A stretch of DNA of 64,000 nucleotides from Daphnia carinata (lineage: Eukaryota): contig NC_081333.1 in the NCBI RefSeq assembly GCF_022539665.2, forward strand, positions 8,060,001-8,124,000. The letters are read 5' to 3'. The notes under the pieces are model-generated. The model was not told the origin of the DNA. It worked only from the letters and a program-made list of their open reading frames with translations, and made no database searches. The position numbers and the translations under genes are program-made. This document shows, in pieces, positions 23,601 through 35,900 of this stretch (position 1 is its first letter; the number at the start of each line of letters is the position of its first letter).

Positions 23601-26600
23601 GAGATAAGGAAATTGATTCCATTTTGTATTCATTTATTCCAAAGGGGCAGCAGCCAAAGAGGCGAGAATGGTTTTTCAATTGAGGGGATTCGATTATTTT
23701 GTCTTGCGCAACGAAGCGTTACAGATTTCCGTACATCCGCCGACAGAGCGCTTTCAGCAAGAGAGAAAAAAGATAATACAAAAGGTATACATCCTTGATT
23801 GGCTTTCTCATTGTTTTCGAGAGCAACGAAGAGGTCGAAAACGAAACAATCGAACAATTATTTTTAAGAAAACGCGAGGATACAACAAATAAACATGAAA
23901 AAAAAACTGATTTCGTTATTGTTGCATAGCGCGTCAGGGTCGGCAAATGTCGTCGAATCTGTTATCTACTTAATCAGCCACGCCCAAAGAAGAGTGAACG
24001 ATAAAAAGAGAGAGGAGGGAGATTTATATTGTGCGACACATAGCTGGGTTTTTTTCTTTACTCAAGGACTAACATCCAAAAGGATTCTTGAAGGTCTCAT
24101 TCCAATTTCAAGTCTGGCATTACTTCTTCTGTCTCGCCAATCATTTGGAAACAAAAAAAAAAGGGATAAAAAGGAGAAGAGACTTGAATTTAGCTGTCGG
24201 ATTTTGAAAAATGTTTTTTGTTGTTTACAATCATTCCCGTAAACGGATGAACGCTTACGTTAGTATCGTGACCTCGACTGCCTGCCATGCAAACTGATGT
24301 GATTTCCTGGGCTTGTCAGAGACAAGAGCTACTGGACTGACAGATATTTTTTAAGGGGGGGGGGGAAGGGGGAGGGGGGGGGGAGAAGGTACCACGCCCA
24401 ACTGCAATTGGCATCCCTTTAAAAACAAAAAATGTTTTTCGTGTTTGTTTTTGTTTGCGCATCTCGACGTGTAGCCTTGAAAAGTGATTTTCAATGCCAA
24501 CCAGTCCAGACCGATCTGGTTTCTTCATTTAATGATATACAATTATAATAAGAAAAATCTATCACGAAATGCTAGAAAACAGAGGGGGGACGATGACAGC
24601 TCGAATCGCTCCCAAAATCTCGAAATCGCTTCTTCCCTACTTTGCTCGGGTTATTGACGCTTCGTCAGAGACAGACAAATGCAAACAATAGCGAGAAAGA
24701 AAAACGTGCAGCCCACTTTCTACATCTTTTCACAATATTGATACACATAAACATGAAGCGTGATATGAATCTTGCGACACGTTTTCACCACTTCGCAGAA
24801 GAAGGCAACAAACCAAAAAAAAAAAAAAAAAGAGTGAGATGCGGTCCGTCACTTCCAGCTAATAGAAAACGTAAAGGCGGGAGCCAAGAATGGAGAAATA
24901 GACATTTCGAGATCTATCTAAAGAGCCCGAACAAATACAACGGTGGACGAAAGCGAAAAGCAAAAATAAATGAGAAAAAAAAAAGAGAAAGTGGACTTGT
25001 TTGCGCTGAAATTTTAAACGAAGAAAAAAAAAAAAAGAAGAGACACGACAGGTCGGTCAGCAATGTTTGCGGGCTTCCTCTATCGGAATTGACACAAGAC
25101 TATGTTTTAACAGTAAAAGTTAAAATGTCCATCATCATCAACATAAGCGGCGCCATCGTCTTTCGCCTGATTTCCTTGCCTAACTATCAACAGATTGTTT
25201 TTATTTCTTTTTTTTTTCTTTTCTTTTGCCGGCCTTGTTTGTTTTTTTTTTGTTTTTTTTTCGCTGTTTTTCTCAGTATCGTAAATCAGTATTCAAAATT
25301 ATTTATATGGGCACAGGGACGCACAAGTCGAAAAAGGGCCTGTTTTAGTAGCGCCATGGCTACCCATCAACAGCCAAGTCTGCCATGGTCTTCACAATGT
25401 GACGGACAAGACGACAAAAACACAAAAGTAACAAATAATAACGAAAGAGCGAGAGAACGATCTCCCACTGAAAATGGACTTGTAGCATAAAAACGAACTA
25501 AATGAACCAGCCGGTCTAGTTTTTGTTATTTGGCTACAAGGTTGACTCCCGTTACGGCAATAATAAAAAAAAAATGCGTCCGTGTGAGTGAGTGCGTTTC
25601 GAGAATGACTGTTATACACATTTACATGATGGCCCAAATAAGGCCATGGCTTTGGCACGGATTATTAAATTTCCAGATGTGAAAATGGCCAAGAGAGCGG
25701 GAAAGTAAAAACCGGATTGCAGTTATTCATTTTCTTTTCCTTTTTTTTTTTTTTTTCCTCTTAAAAAACCCTTTAAAGATTTCTTTCTTCTATTGGATAG
25801 ATTGATTGATCAATGTGATTGAGACTCTTGATTACCAGTAGACTTGCCGGAGGCTACCGATAATTGTACATTTCCATGGTCGTTATTTTTTAAAATATGA
25901 TCTCGAAGGGGCGACGCTTCTACACCTACGGTTCGGACTATTTCAATGTTGACCAAGTCAACACAAACCAAACGTGTTATTGGTTTTTGTTGCTGGGACA
26001 AAACGGCAAAAAAAAAGAAAAAGACAAGGAAACTACCAAAACAGCTAGCTCGAAGTCATTGTTTAAATGGCATCCCCTTCGATGTTTTTCAAACATTCTA
26101 CTTTTGGACATCAGCCACTGCAGCCGCCTTTATTTGTTTGTTTTGTCAAATACGTGTTCAAATACGAAAAAAAAAAACAAAAAAAAAAAAACACTATGAA
26201 TAATAAGGAGAGAAAAGGGAAAACTGTCAAACTAATGGCGAATCGATGACGGTCACACAACGTACGTGACTGCCGTTTGGCGGACACGTTGCCATCGCAA
26301 AAAAGAGAAAAGAAAAGGAGGGAATAAAAATAAAAAGAGAAATGACAAGAATTCTCAATCACTCTGTGGGTGGAACGAGGCGAGAAGTGAAGGATAGAGA
26401 TAGAACGAGGTATGTCAAGCTCGTGAAATCAGAGAATAAAAAAAAACAACATACAAGGGAATCGTATGAACTGCGCATGTGTAGGAAAGACGTTGCCAAC
26501 AAATGGAAGATTCTTCCCGCAGCACAACATTAAACGAATAATGAAAAAAAAAAAAAAAAGAAGTAAAATAGCAAAAGCCTAGCGTTCTAAAAGTCGCTTC

Positions 26601-29600
26601 TTTTTCATCTCCTTCACTTCTTTTCTTTGCCGGGATAAAAAAAAAAAAGCGGATGAAGAGAGATGGAGAGAAAAAAAAAAAGAGAAAAGACCCGGCGTGT
26701 CCTACATTCACTAGCCGGTTCGAGGTGGTGAAGCTATCAGCGCTGCAGAGTAGGACCGAAACATCGTCTGTAAAACTACCACAACCCCATAACAGTCGAG
26801 AGAAAGGAAGGGAGGAATTGTTGTGTCTACGTTCGGCCACGTTTGGCTTTTTTTTTTTTCTTCTTCTTCTTTGGTTTGAGAGACACGACACGAATGTCCG
26901 CGCACCCCCCTGTTGAGAATTTGGGTGGGGATCGCGCGCAAAAAGAAATCACGGATGCCCAAAACAAGCAAAGATTTTCGTACATAGATATATATCTAAC
27001 TCCCTATTTAGGAGATAGGACTGTTGAGGGGATGGTCAACCCTAAATAGAAAATAAAATAGTACAACAAGAAGGGGGAAAAAAAGCGATGAGTCTTCATT
27101 TTCCCACCCCAAACTTCCGATGTGGTGCCCCACTCATTTGCACCTGTGAGAAAAAATGTCGGGTTCTCGCATATTTCACCGCTAAATCAACAAGGCTGCA
27201 AGCAATTGCTTGGTTACGTCACTGGCCCTTCTAATTGATTGTTTGGACGAGGAATGAATCAAAGAAAAGAATTCTGCTTACAATTTCAAATCAAAATGAA
27301 AACGCCATGAAGCGATTGGTGGGACGCACCCAACGATGTTCCCATCATTGAAATTTAACGTTGACAGCCGATGATCGGTCATCACAATATTTTTTTTTTT
27401 TCTAAGGTGTCTTCACTCGAGCCGGTGAAAACGATTTCTCCCTCATGACTTTATTCAGAAAATATCGTCACGGCCGACGTGTTCTCGTTCGCTTCTCTCT
27501 CTCTCTCTTTCTCTCTCTCACGGTGTTTTCGTGTCGTGTAGACGGACGACACGAGAAGGAGGAGGAGTTCATGGGCAAACGGCGGTGTTGATGACGGCCA
27601 TAGAGATCCTTTATCTGTCTGTCCCTCGCGCTCACGCCGCGTAACTAAGCGAGACGGATCATTGTGAAACGGGCGGCCGACAGTTTCCGCCGACCTTGGG
27701 GTCGTTCCAGCCTCATCAAACAATGAGCTCCGTAATGAAATGTCGGTCGACATTTTCCGTTTTGTTCTTCTTCTTTCGGCCGATGCGGATGAGTCGCTAA
27801 TAGAAAGTAGCGGCTTTTTTTTTTCTTCTTCTTCTCTTTTTACCTCCTGGATCCGCTGTCCGAGATTTTTACCCCCAACCGCCTTCGAGAAAGGGAGGCG
27901 GAATAAGCAATTGTTCCGACTGAGAGATCAAGAATCCCGTTTCTGCTTCTCTCATCGAGATGAAAAATAATTCGAGAGCTGTACATAGGGCTTCATAGAG
28001 TGGAGATTTAAAAAAAAAAAAAAAGCAAACGAGGGCAACAGAAACGGAGACAAGCCGGAACCAGATGGCTCATGAATCGGATAGAGATAAAAAAAAGGGA
28101 GAGACAGAAGGCGGGGGAGAGGGATGAAAACGGAAAAAAAATCCGTTTGTTCTTCTTTTGTCAAGCGGAAAATAATAATTTTTTCGCGACATAAATACAA
28201 TTCAAAAATTGTTATTGCCCCCTTCGTACCCTGTTACTTCTTGCCATACAGGGGTGTGTGTGTGTGCAGCTATAACCCACCAAACGACCTGCTCTTTTCT
28301 CCTCGTTCTCTCTTTTTCTTTATTTTTTTCTTGTTCAACAAAAAAGAATTTCCATCGGTAAAAACTCGGTGCTGCCCTAAGAGAGAGCCACACGACATCC
28401 GACTAGTAGTGCCACTGCCGGCTACTACACCCTCATTTCTACGATGGCACAGGTGAATCGGGTCGAAGTGAATCTTCTTCCCTAAAGCTGGAGGCCACAA
28501 CGTGACCCAGTTCCCTTCTTCAAGAGGAGAGAACACAGGCATCTCTTTCTCTGTTCCAGCAGCCCACATACAACAACAAAACGGGGAAAACAAAAAAGAA
28601 ATACAAGCTTCTCTTTTATTTCTTTTTCCTCCTCCACGATTCTTTTTTTTTTTTTTTTTTTTATTTATTTATTTTCTCTTTGCCTTCTCCTCTTTCGTCC
28701 TTAGCAATGGATTACGGGGATAGGTGTGCGTATAAGAGGCTCGTTGAAAGGGCATTCTTCAGTCTTCTTCTTCTTCTTCTTCCTTGTACAGTAAAAGGAG
28801 GGTGGCCACATTATCTGACCACAGGGAATACCTGACTCGCTGACTCTCTCTCTATATAATTTTTTTTTGTGGGACCTGAAGTCTGATGTATTCAGCCAAC
28901 CCACCTGTTACTGTTCAGGGCTGCCGTTGAAGCTCCTCTGACTGCACCCAGTCGTTATTTTAATTTCTTTCGAGCCCGGGAATGAAAAAGAAAAAGAAGG
29001 GAAAAAGAAGAAGACATGTATGTAACCCCCCTTATCATCAAATGCCTATTACAGGTGGAATATACGTATGGTAGCCATTTCGAGCACATACCACGCGGGA
29101 ATTGTAAGCTGTCAAAAGCCAAAAAAAAAAAAATTTTCCAAATGAAAAGGGAGAGGAACAAGACCCTTCTTAAAGAAATGAATGTGTCGAAGAAAAGAGC
29201 TTCAATCTCCGGAAAAACAAAAAAAAAACAAAAAAAAAATTCTTAGGTGTCTTGTTACACCTACTCCCCCCCCCCTTTCATTTAATTCTCCAGTTACGCA
29301 TTACGAGGATACGTTCAATAACAAAAGAGAAAGAGATAGAAAATCAAAATGAGAACAGGACTGAAAAACTCATTAAACTAGAACAAGTCTATTGATCAAA
29401 CGACTTGATTTCATTTGAATTTCATTTTCTACGCGTTTTTTTCCCCCCATCGTTGACGTTTGTTATCAACCGCTTGGCTACATTTGCCTGCATAATCACC
29501 TCACTACGATTGTACCTGTTGTCCTGCTTCTATTACTTCCTTCGGTGTGTGCTGCACACATGAAAAAAAAAAGGACTTCTTTGTTCAAATGTCTTAATGG

Positions 29601-29926
29601 ATTTCTCCATTTCACAAAAAAAAGTGGCTGACGTCTCACATCTCTTTACTCGAAAGAGAAAGACATAGCGAAACAAAAAACAAAACATGGAGGTGCACTA
29701 CAGTGATAGAGGAAGCGGTGTCGGGAAGCGTGCCGCCTTTGCTATTGTCCCGTCGAGTTCAATTGGCACTGGTGCATGCAATGATCAAGTAGTTTTTTTT
29801 TTTTGTAATTGTTCTTACCTTGTAGAGTTTCTCCTTGATGTGCCAGACGTCATCCTCCTCTTCGGGGAAGTTGTCCAAGTGGAGATCGTCACGGGATCGT
29901 GACAGTATGCGGCGTCGTGAAACCAT
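5801..29926 (-). CDS. exp: Expansion/Rebuf-family atypical Smad-like (N-alpha-MH2) protein, core isoform 446 aa
   Basis: Exons 29926-29819, 10983-10826, 9688-9460, 9345-8914, 8836-8743, 8241-8038, 5916-5801, all GT-AG with consistent phases. MVSRRRILSRSRDDL...KEKLYK/DHIQEVLDKWHQIDDEIWAKLIVMERNRRVAKAYAR...IGLNGFDNPMRD...LFDMKKFQQNVSRELKRAYPDRRKLE...PCWVMIVNIVAMDMLKSK...DEDPYS...PPKLPPRD...DDPYYCGLRARV...YGRLPIP...GEWN* matches insect Expansion as recalled. Expansion versus Rebuf orthology is not tested. Confidence 0.9.
6958..7031 (-). CDS. exp: Candidate alternative terminal exon of exp-like gene (DTATTIKTYKKAVANIRTLSTPYS*)
   Basis: Acceptor ctgacag, phase 1, C/G-ending codons like the confirmed exons. 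Confidence 0.5.
7439..7558 (-). CDS. exp: Candidate 120-nt symmetric cassette exon of exp-like gene
   Basis: Acceptor gcacag, open in phase 1 for 40 codons (ASLQSSVTPDIHRLWKAYPFERNPTSWVPSHPSQLHGYSP), consensus donor CAG|GTGAGT in phase 1. Confidence 0.6.
8038..8241 (-). CDS. exp: exp-like exon with conserved DDPYYCGLRARV motif
   Basis: Phase 1-1 exon, DDPYYCGLRARVSNFVK...MWHSRSFDSGM, donor G|GTAATT. Confidence 0.9.
8743..8836 (-). CDS. exp: exp-like exon (PDYDEIDENGYK...DKKY)
   Basis: Acceptor tttgcag, donor G|GTGAGA, phase 0-1. Confidence 0.88.
8914..9345 (-). CDS. exp: exp-like exon, end of MH2 domain plus Ser/Gly-rich linker
   Basis: LFDMKKFQQNVSRELKRAYPDRRKLEMQC...KPPKLPPRDNGIYGSNIPK, donor AAA|GTGAGT. 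Confidence 0.93.
9460..9688 (-). CDS. exp: exp-like exon, MH2 domain core
   Basis: IGLNGFDNPMRDNRTEEAKRQIGEGAKVRMDEKGNIHIKR resembles the Smad MH2 'N..R....E..R..IG.G' segment. Confidence 0.93.
10826..10983 (-). CDS. exp: exp-like exon, N-alpha helix and MH2 start
   Basis: DHIQEVLDKWHQIDDEIWAKLIVMERNRRVAKAYARAIPIQINGSDDGFDGF, phase 0 acceptor, phase 2 donor CG|GTAACC. Confidence 0.93.
14158..14244 (-). CDS. exp: Candidate alternative first coding exon of exp-like gene (MTYEWKRGLLVGDAESSSALDGGEYVYAK)
   Basis: 29 codons from ATG to AAG|GTAAAA, phase 0, compatible with the acceptor at 10983. Confidence 0.45.
14597..14635. repeat. Poly(A) tract, about 39 nt; one of very many A/T homopolymer runs across 5-64 kb
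   Basis: Directly visible. No flanking target-site duplication or retroelement body seen. Confidence 0.9.
19261..19323 (-). CDS. exp: Candidate alternative first coding exon of exp-like gene (MFPHIPVHYNRIETGISFTSK)
   Basis: 21 codons from ATG to AAG|GTAAAA, phase 0. Confidence 0.35.
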
Positions 29927-29951
29927 GTCCTGTCCTATGGCTGGCCCGGAG
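29819..29951 (-). CDS. exp: exp-like exon carrying the conserved start MVSRRRILSRSRDDL (ATG at 29926)
   Basis: Acceptor ttttgttatag at 29952, donor AAG|GTAAGA. The 25 nt before the ATG are also open in frame. Confidence 0.9.
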
Positions 29952-32900
29952 CTATAACAAAAACAAACAGAAAAAAAGAAATTAGAAAATTGAAATCAAA
30001 AGGAAAATCATCACGAAATTCCTGTCGACTTTTCTCGAAACGTTGTACCAATATTAAAGAGGTAACAACAACAACAACAACAAAAAAAGGGGCTTGATAA
30101 CAAAATTGAAAATCCAAAGAACAACACACACGACACAAACTGAGGGGGGAAAAGAAAACTATTCAATGAACAACTGGGTCATCAATAATTTTCTAAAATC
30201 CCCAATCTCCCCTCTACTGCAATTGGACTTTGAAAACATGTGCCACCCCTGAAAGACAAACACAATAATACGAGATCTAGGCTAACTGAGTATACACACA
30301 CACACATTTTTCTTGGGCCTCCAGAAAAGACATTGACGTTCTTCGTAGTTGGCTATTACTTTTTTTCTGAGTCCTTTTCCCACGACGAAAATAGATAAAA
30401 GAAAACAACAACAACAGCTGAAAGCATACGCGTATCAACTGCTTTGAGGAGAATGACGGCTAGTCTGCACACAGCGAGACTGATGGTGTAACTAAACTGG
30501 CCCACCGTTGCCTGTCCGTGTATTATGACTTTGCCGCTCTTGTTTTTTTGTTTTTTTTTATTACCCGCCCAACTTGTTGGCCTAGTCACTCCAAATAGAA
30601 AAGACATCAACTTTTCTTCTTTTATTTGGAATTTTTTTTTTTACTAGCTATTAAATAAAAAAAAAGGAACAAGAGGAGGAAAAAAAAAAAACAATAATGA
30701 AACACCAGTTGGTGGATTCTTAAAACAACCCTGAGATTATGTTTTTTTGTCGCTGGAAATAGAGAAACAACCCAATGAGAAAATAAGGTATTTCACACGG
30801 GCCGGCGGAATCACCACGAGAAAATTATCCAAATAAAATTTTTAACAAAAAAAAAAAAACAAAAAAAAAAAAAAAATTTAATTAGTTGCCGGATCGTTAC
30901 ATTCCGTAAAAGACGAAAGATAAAGGACGCCCGACAGAAAAAAAAATCAACGAAAATATTTAAAACTAAACAAAAAAAAAAATAAAATAAAACGGTATCT
31001 TTTACATTTTCAGGGAACTTTCTCTCATTTGGCTAGAAAGAGGCACCCGAACATGCTGTTGAGCTATAGCGTTCACGTTCGTGTTGTTGTTGTCTTGGGG
31101 CCCGATCGCGTCGATTGTGTGTGTCGTGCTTGCGTGAATCTCAAAGCCCAACACACACAAGGCAGAGAACCCTACTTGATCAATTACCCACCCCGCTCCT
31201 GACACCGCTGGCAACATCCGACCGTTGCGACTTATAAGAAGGAGGAAGACACGAGGCAGCAACAAACGACGAGCGTGCTGATGAGTCCATTTTTTTTTTG
31301 TTTCGCCTCCTTCTCCTCCACCACCTCCCCCCTTTCTTCTTTCATTTTTTTTTCTTTTACCTCCTCAAAGAAGTGTTCATAGAGAGAAAGCCCATTACAA
31401 CTGATTTATAGAGGAAAAACAACAGCACAAAACACGCACGCATGAAGTCAAGAGAAAAAAAAAAACAAAAGAATCAAAATATTCAAAAATATTATTAATA
31501 ATAATGCGAGAAGAAAAAAAAAACAAAAAAAAAAATCTGTTGAAGCCAAGCCAATGTGGCTGGTGACCGACTTGTTTCTTGCTGAACGGCAGCACCCAGA
31601 GCGTACAGGCTTTTGATTATCTATCGTAAAGTGAAAGACGGAGGGGAAAAAAAAACGCATCACTGCCCCGACGTGGCTTTTCTCTAGTCAATCGCCTCAT
31701 TTCCATTTTTTCTTGTGTTCTCCTTCCCTGCTACTACGTCTAACGAGAAAACGTAGGTCTGCTCACATTCGAACAAAAGCTCATCGGTATAACAAAGATT
31801 TCCTAGCTACAAACGAAATGGGAGGATCGGCTACGTTGTTTCATTCATCCTCATACACGCCCAAGAAATAATATTTTTTTGGAAATAAGGAAAAAGAAAA
31901 AAACGATAGCGCATTGTTTCCAGGAAGTAAGCAACCACGAACAGGGCGAGAAATAAGAATTCAGTCAACCGATGAGAGTGCGGCACGATATGTAAAGTTC
32001 GCTCTTCAAAGGGGGGGCGGTAAAGACTGAAAAAAAAAAAATTTCCGGAATGAGACGTAACAATGAGTTGTTGTTGTAGTCGAAAAAAAAAATATATATA
32101 TAAAGGGATATTCGTAATCGAGCTGGGCAAATGAACAACTCAAATGAGTAGAACAAGAGAGAATCGTGAGAAACTCTAAAAACGTCATGCAAGAGTTTTT
32201 TGTTTAGTGTGTCACTCACACAAGCGAATGCGGAATTCGTTCCCAAGCGCGCAAACCATTTTCTCCGAGAGAAACGAAAGACCCCATTTCTTGGGAGGTC
32301 CTTTTTTTTTTGTTTTGTTTTGAAGGGTGACAACAATTCCGCATGCCGACATTCCACACAGTGTCGTTCGCTGTGGAGAATCTAACTGTCCACTGAATCA
32401 GCCGTCAGCAGGGGGAAACAAAAAAGGTAAATGTCAGGAAGAAACAAAGAAAAAAAAAAAAAAAAAAAAGGATTTTTTATATTTTATTTTGTTGAGCAAA
32501 CTTGAAGAGAGAGAGAGATCGTCGGGTCTTTTCTATCCTCCAGTTGATTGTGACACCTGATTATGCGTGGAGAGAGTTCCACTGAAAGAGAGAAGAAAAG
32601 AGGTTCGTCTTCTTCCATTTTTTTTTTCCCCCGTCTTCTTTCTCTTTATTTCATTTTCGTGCCACAGAGACTCTCTCTTCATCTTGCAACTCCTTTTTCT
32701 TTCTTTCTTTCTTTCTGTTTCTTCCGCAACATATCATAAGAGGTCAGGGTTCACGAAAAATGTGTACTATACACGATCGTCAAGTTTCCCTTTTTCTACT
32801 CTACGTCACAGACGATTGGCAGCTGGCGCAGTTTGTCCTGTTTTTCGATCGCTAACCTAGTTTATTTACGTTCCGTCCATCTGTTGATATCGATCGTGAT

Positions 32901-35900
32901 TGGAATCGTTCCCTCGGAGCTATTCTTGTATTAGGTCCAAGGCCGTGAACGTTTGATGTCCAGGTATCTACTGCCCCAGTTGGACTCTTTTTTTCTTCTT
33001 CTTCTTCTCTTCTTGCCAATTATTATAAATCAGTGATCATTTGGCAACTGCAACAGCAGCAGCAATAAGAATCGTAGATAATAATAATGACGCCCACGAT
33101 CAACCGTGACCGAGTAGCCTTGATAGCAAATGGTCATACAAAATAGACATGACTTGTGCAATCAGTGAATCGAGAAACAACAAGAATATAAAAAAAAAAA
33201 AAAAAAAAAAAAGGGCCAGCAAGCGAATGAAGAGAGGAATTATTGTGATTAGATGTATCCACCCTCAGGAGACACGAATACTTTGCAACATGTTGTGATC
33301 AGTTTCTTTTTTGTTTGGCATCTAAATAATAGCCACTGGGAGGGATTGTAGAAGGAGGAACACTAGTATTTATACGGGGATAAAAACAAAAGATATCCAA
33401 CTTAATAAGTCTTTACTGTCCTGCCCTTTTTTTTTTTTGTTCTTCATTGCTCTCTATTCAGAGAGGCAGGTATTTGGGTTGGTTTGTTTTTGTTTCACGA
33501 GATGATGAGAAGAAGGACCTTGTCACAAATTCTACTTAGTCTTAAAGCTCGAGGTTCGATTTAATTGACCAAAGTGTCTCTAGGTGTTTTTAATCGAGAT
33601 TCGTGTTGTGCGCAAAATAGGTCCAGTCAAGGTTTTACTCCATTAGAAAAGGGACCTCGAGGGAGTCATCAACTCTGCAAGATACCTTACTACACCTCTT
33701 TTTTTTTTGTTGGCTCCCTATCTAAAGTGGGCAAGTGCTCGTCAATCAACAACTGCTTGGCTGTTGGCATTCTGGCAGATTGCTCGACGAGAAGCAATTA
33801 AGTACACTTATAGGGCAGAAGAAAAATCTGTTTTGGCTTTGTAATCAAATGTTTTTTTTTTTTTGCCTGAATAAAAAGGGCACAAAAAAAAAGTGAAGAG
33901 CTTATGGCGAAACGTTCATGTTAAAGCCATGATTTGATTTCATCATAAAGGTGTTGGACAAGTCAGATAGCAACTGAACGAAGAACGGAACGCAAAAAAA
34001 CCGTGAAAAGAATGTCATGGAAAAGACGGCCGTGTGTTAATCTAAAGGCCGGCCAAGCTTTGAAGTTTCATCTAGTGTTCAATAGCTGCTTGCTGCCATG
34101 CTGATGTGATATACGGGCCGTTTTTTTTTTTCTTCTTCTTCTTCCTCCCGGCTGTTTTCATCCGGGTATAGAATATTCTCGGGACCCTTTTCCGATACAT
34201 TGGTATGCCATCATCTTCCTACAAAAAAAAAATGCTTTCCTCCTTTTTTTTTTTTCTAGTATCAAGGGCGAATCTCTCTTAAACTCTTCAGCTCTTCCTT
34301 ATTGAAACGGGCCCGGGAATAAACGCTCGGCAAGAAGAAGAAGATGGAAAACAATCGCTCCATTCTTCGACCGCCTTACTAGGAAGTTTATTTGTTGTTA
34401 CTCCTTTCTCAAACGGCCGAGAATAAAACGAAACCAACTCCCATCGCCACACGTCGGAATTGAGAGGAACGCACTTGTGCTACATAGCGGGACGAATCAA
34501 AACGATCGTGAATCCCCCCTTGAAAAAAAAAAACATGCTTACATTATGCGCAGAGTTGGGAAGAAAAAAAAAAAAATAAATAAATAAAAGAAACACTATG
34601 CCGGACTGAATGGCATTGCTGGAATGCTGCACGATGGCATAGAGAAAAAAAAAAAAAGGCCCTTCCGCTGTATTTCCTTATTCACTCTCTCTCTCTCTCT
34701 CTGTCTGGGTTTACCGAGACAAACCAAAAAGCTGCTTCTTGCCTGCCGCTGATGATTTTTTTCCGGTATTGTGTTAAGCGTCTGTGTAAACGGTCCCTTT
34801 AAAAAAAAAAAAAAAAAAAAGCGGCTGTGCGCATCTTTAAGACGGATGGAAGAGTGGGACGTGTAGGTTAAAAGAGGCCACTTGGCTGGCTGGGAGCTCC
34901 AACCAAAGAGACGGGAAAAAAAAAAAAAAGATGAAAGAACCGGTGAACATTTGAACGAAACTTTCCCCTCGCAATGGAGTCGCTCTACGTGTTGAGTGTG
35001 TGGAGAATAGGAGAAAGAAAAAGAGAGAATGGAGAGGGCGGATACTCATCATCGGATAGAATGGGGAGATGAACGTTCAGCTTTTATGCACGATGAGGCG
35101 ACCGATCAACCCACAGTCCCGCAGCCTCTTTCTTCCTCTTTATTTTCGCCAATAGTTTAGTGCTATTTTATTCCTTTCTTTTTCCATTTCTCCTTCGTTT
35201 CGCCTCTTCTTCTTCCTGCATACATATTTATTCGATTCATCTTTTGCACGTCAACTCTCAGAATGCTTTTGCTTGTTCATAATATCGATGAGGAATGGGC
35301 CAAATAGAATAGGGCACGTGCGCCATCCTCGACCCGCTTCCGATATACCCGCGACGCCGCCAGCCCATTTGCTCTGTCATCTCTTCTGCATCTCTTTCGG
35401 CGAAGATTCAGTTGACGGGACGGCCCGTTGTCACACTTTTTTTTTTTTCTCTCTCGTTTTCCTATTTCCTTATTCATTAGTTTCTCTCTTTCTCTTCTTT
35501 GTTGTTTGGTCTTCCTATTTTCCTTTTGTGTGTGTGTGTGTGTCTGTGAAACATTCCAGGTAGAGGTGGTCACGCGATGTTTGAAAGAACAAGTTGTCGA
35601 TGGTTGTCCCGTCGTTCATGGAAGGAGAAATTGATCGGCCACTTTATTCTCCTTGCGATTATTCTTCCGACGATGGACAACACAAAACACGATGGAATGA
35701 AAATTTCTACTTGTTTGCCATTTTTCTTTTACAAGGCGCTGACTCGTTTTTTTTTTTTTTATTTTCGAATAAAGAGAGGAATTGAAATCGAGAATTCGAG
35801 TCGAACAAGTTGACGGAGACGAAATGCGAGATAAGCGAAAAAAAAATAAAACAGCCGTCGTCGTCGTTTTTTTTTTAGAAAGCGGAGGAGCCAGTAGAGG

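Noticed and set aside
24642..25490. 282-aa plus-strand ORF, the longest in the track
   Set aside because: Built from poly(A)/poly(T) runs (Lys and Phe tracts), non-ATG start, no recognisable domain.
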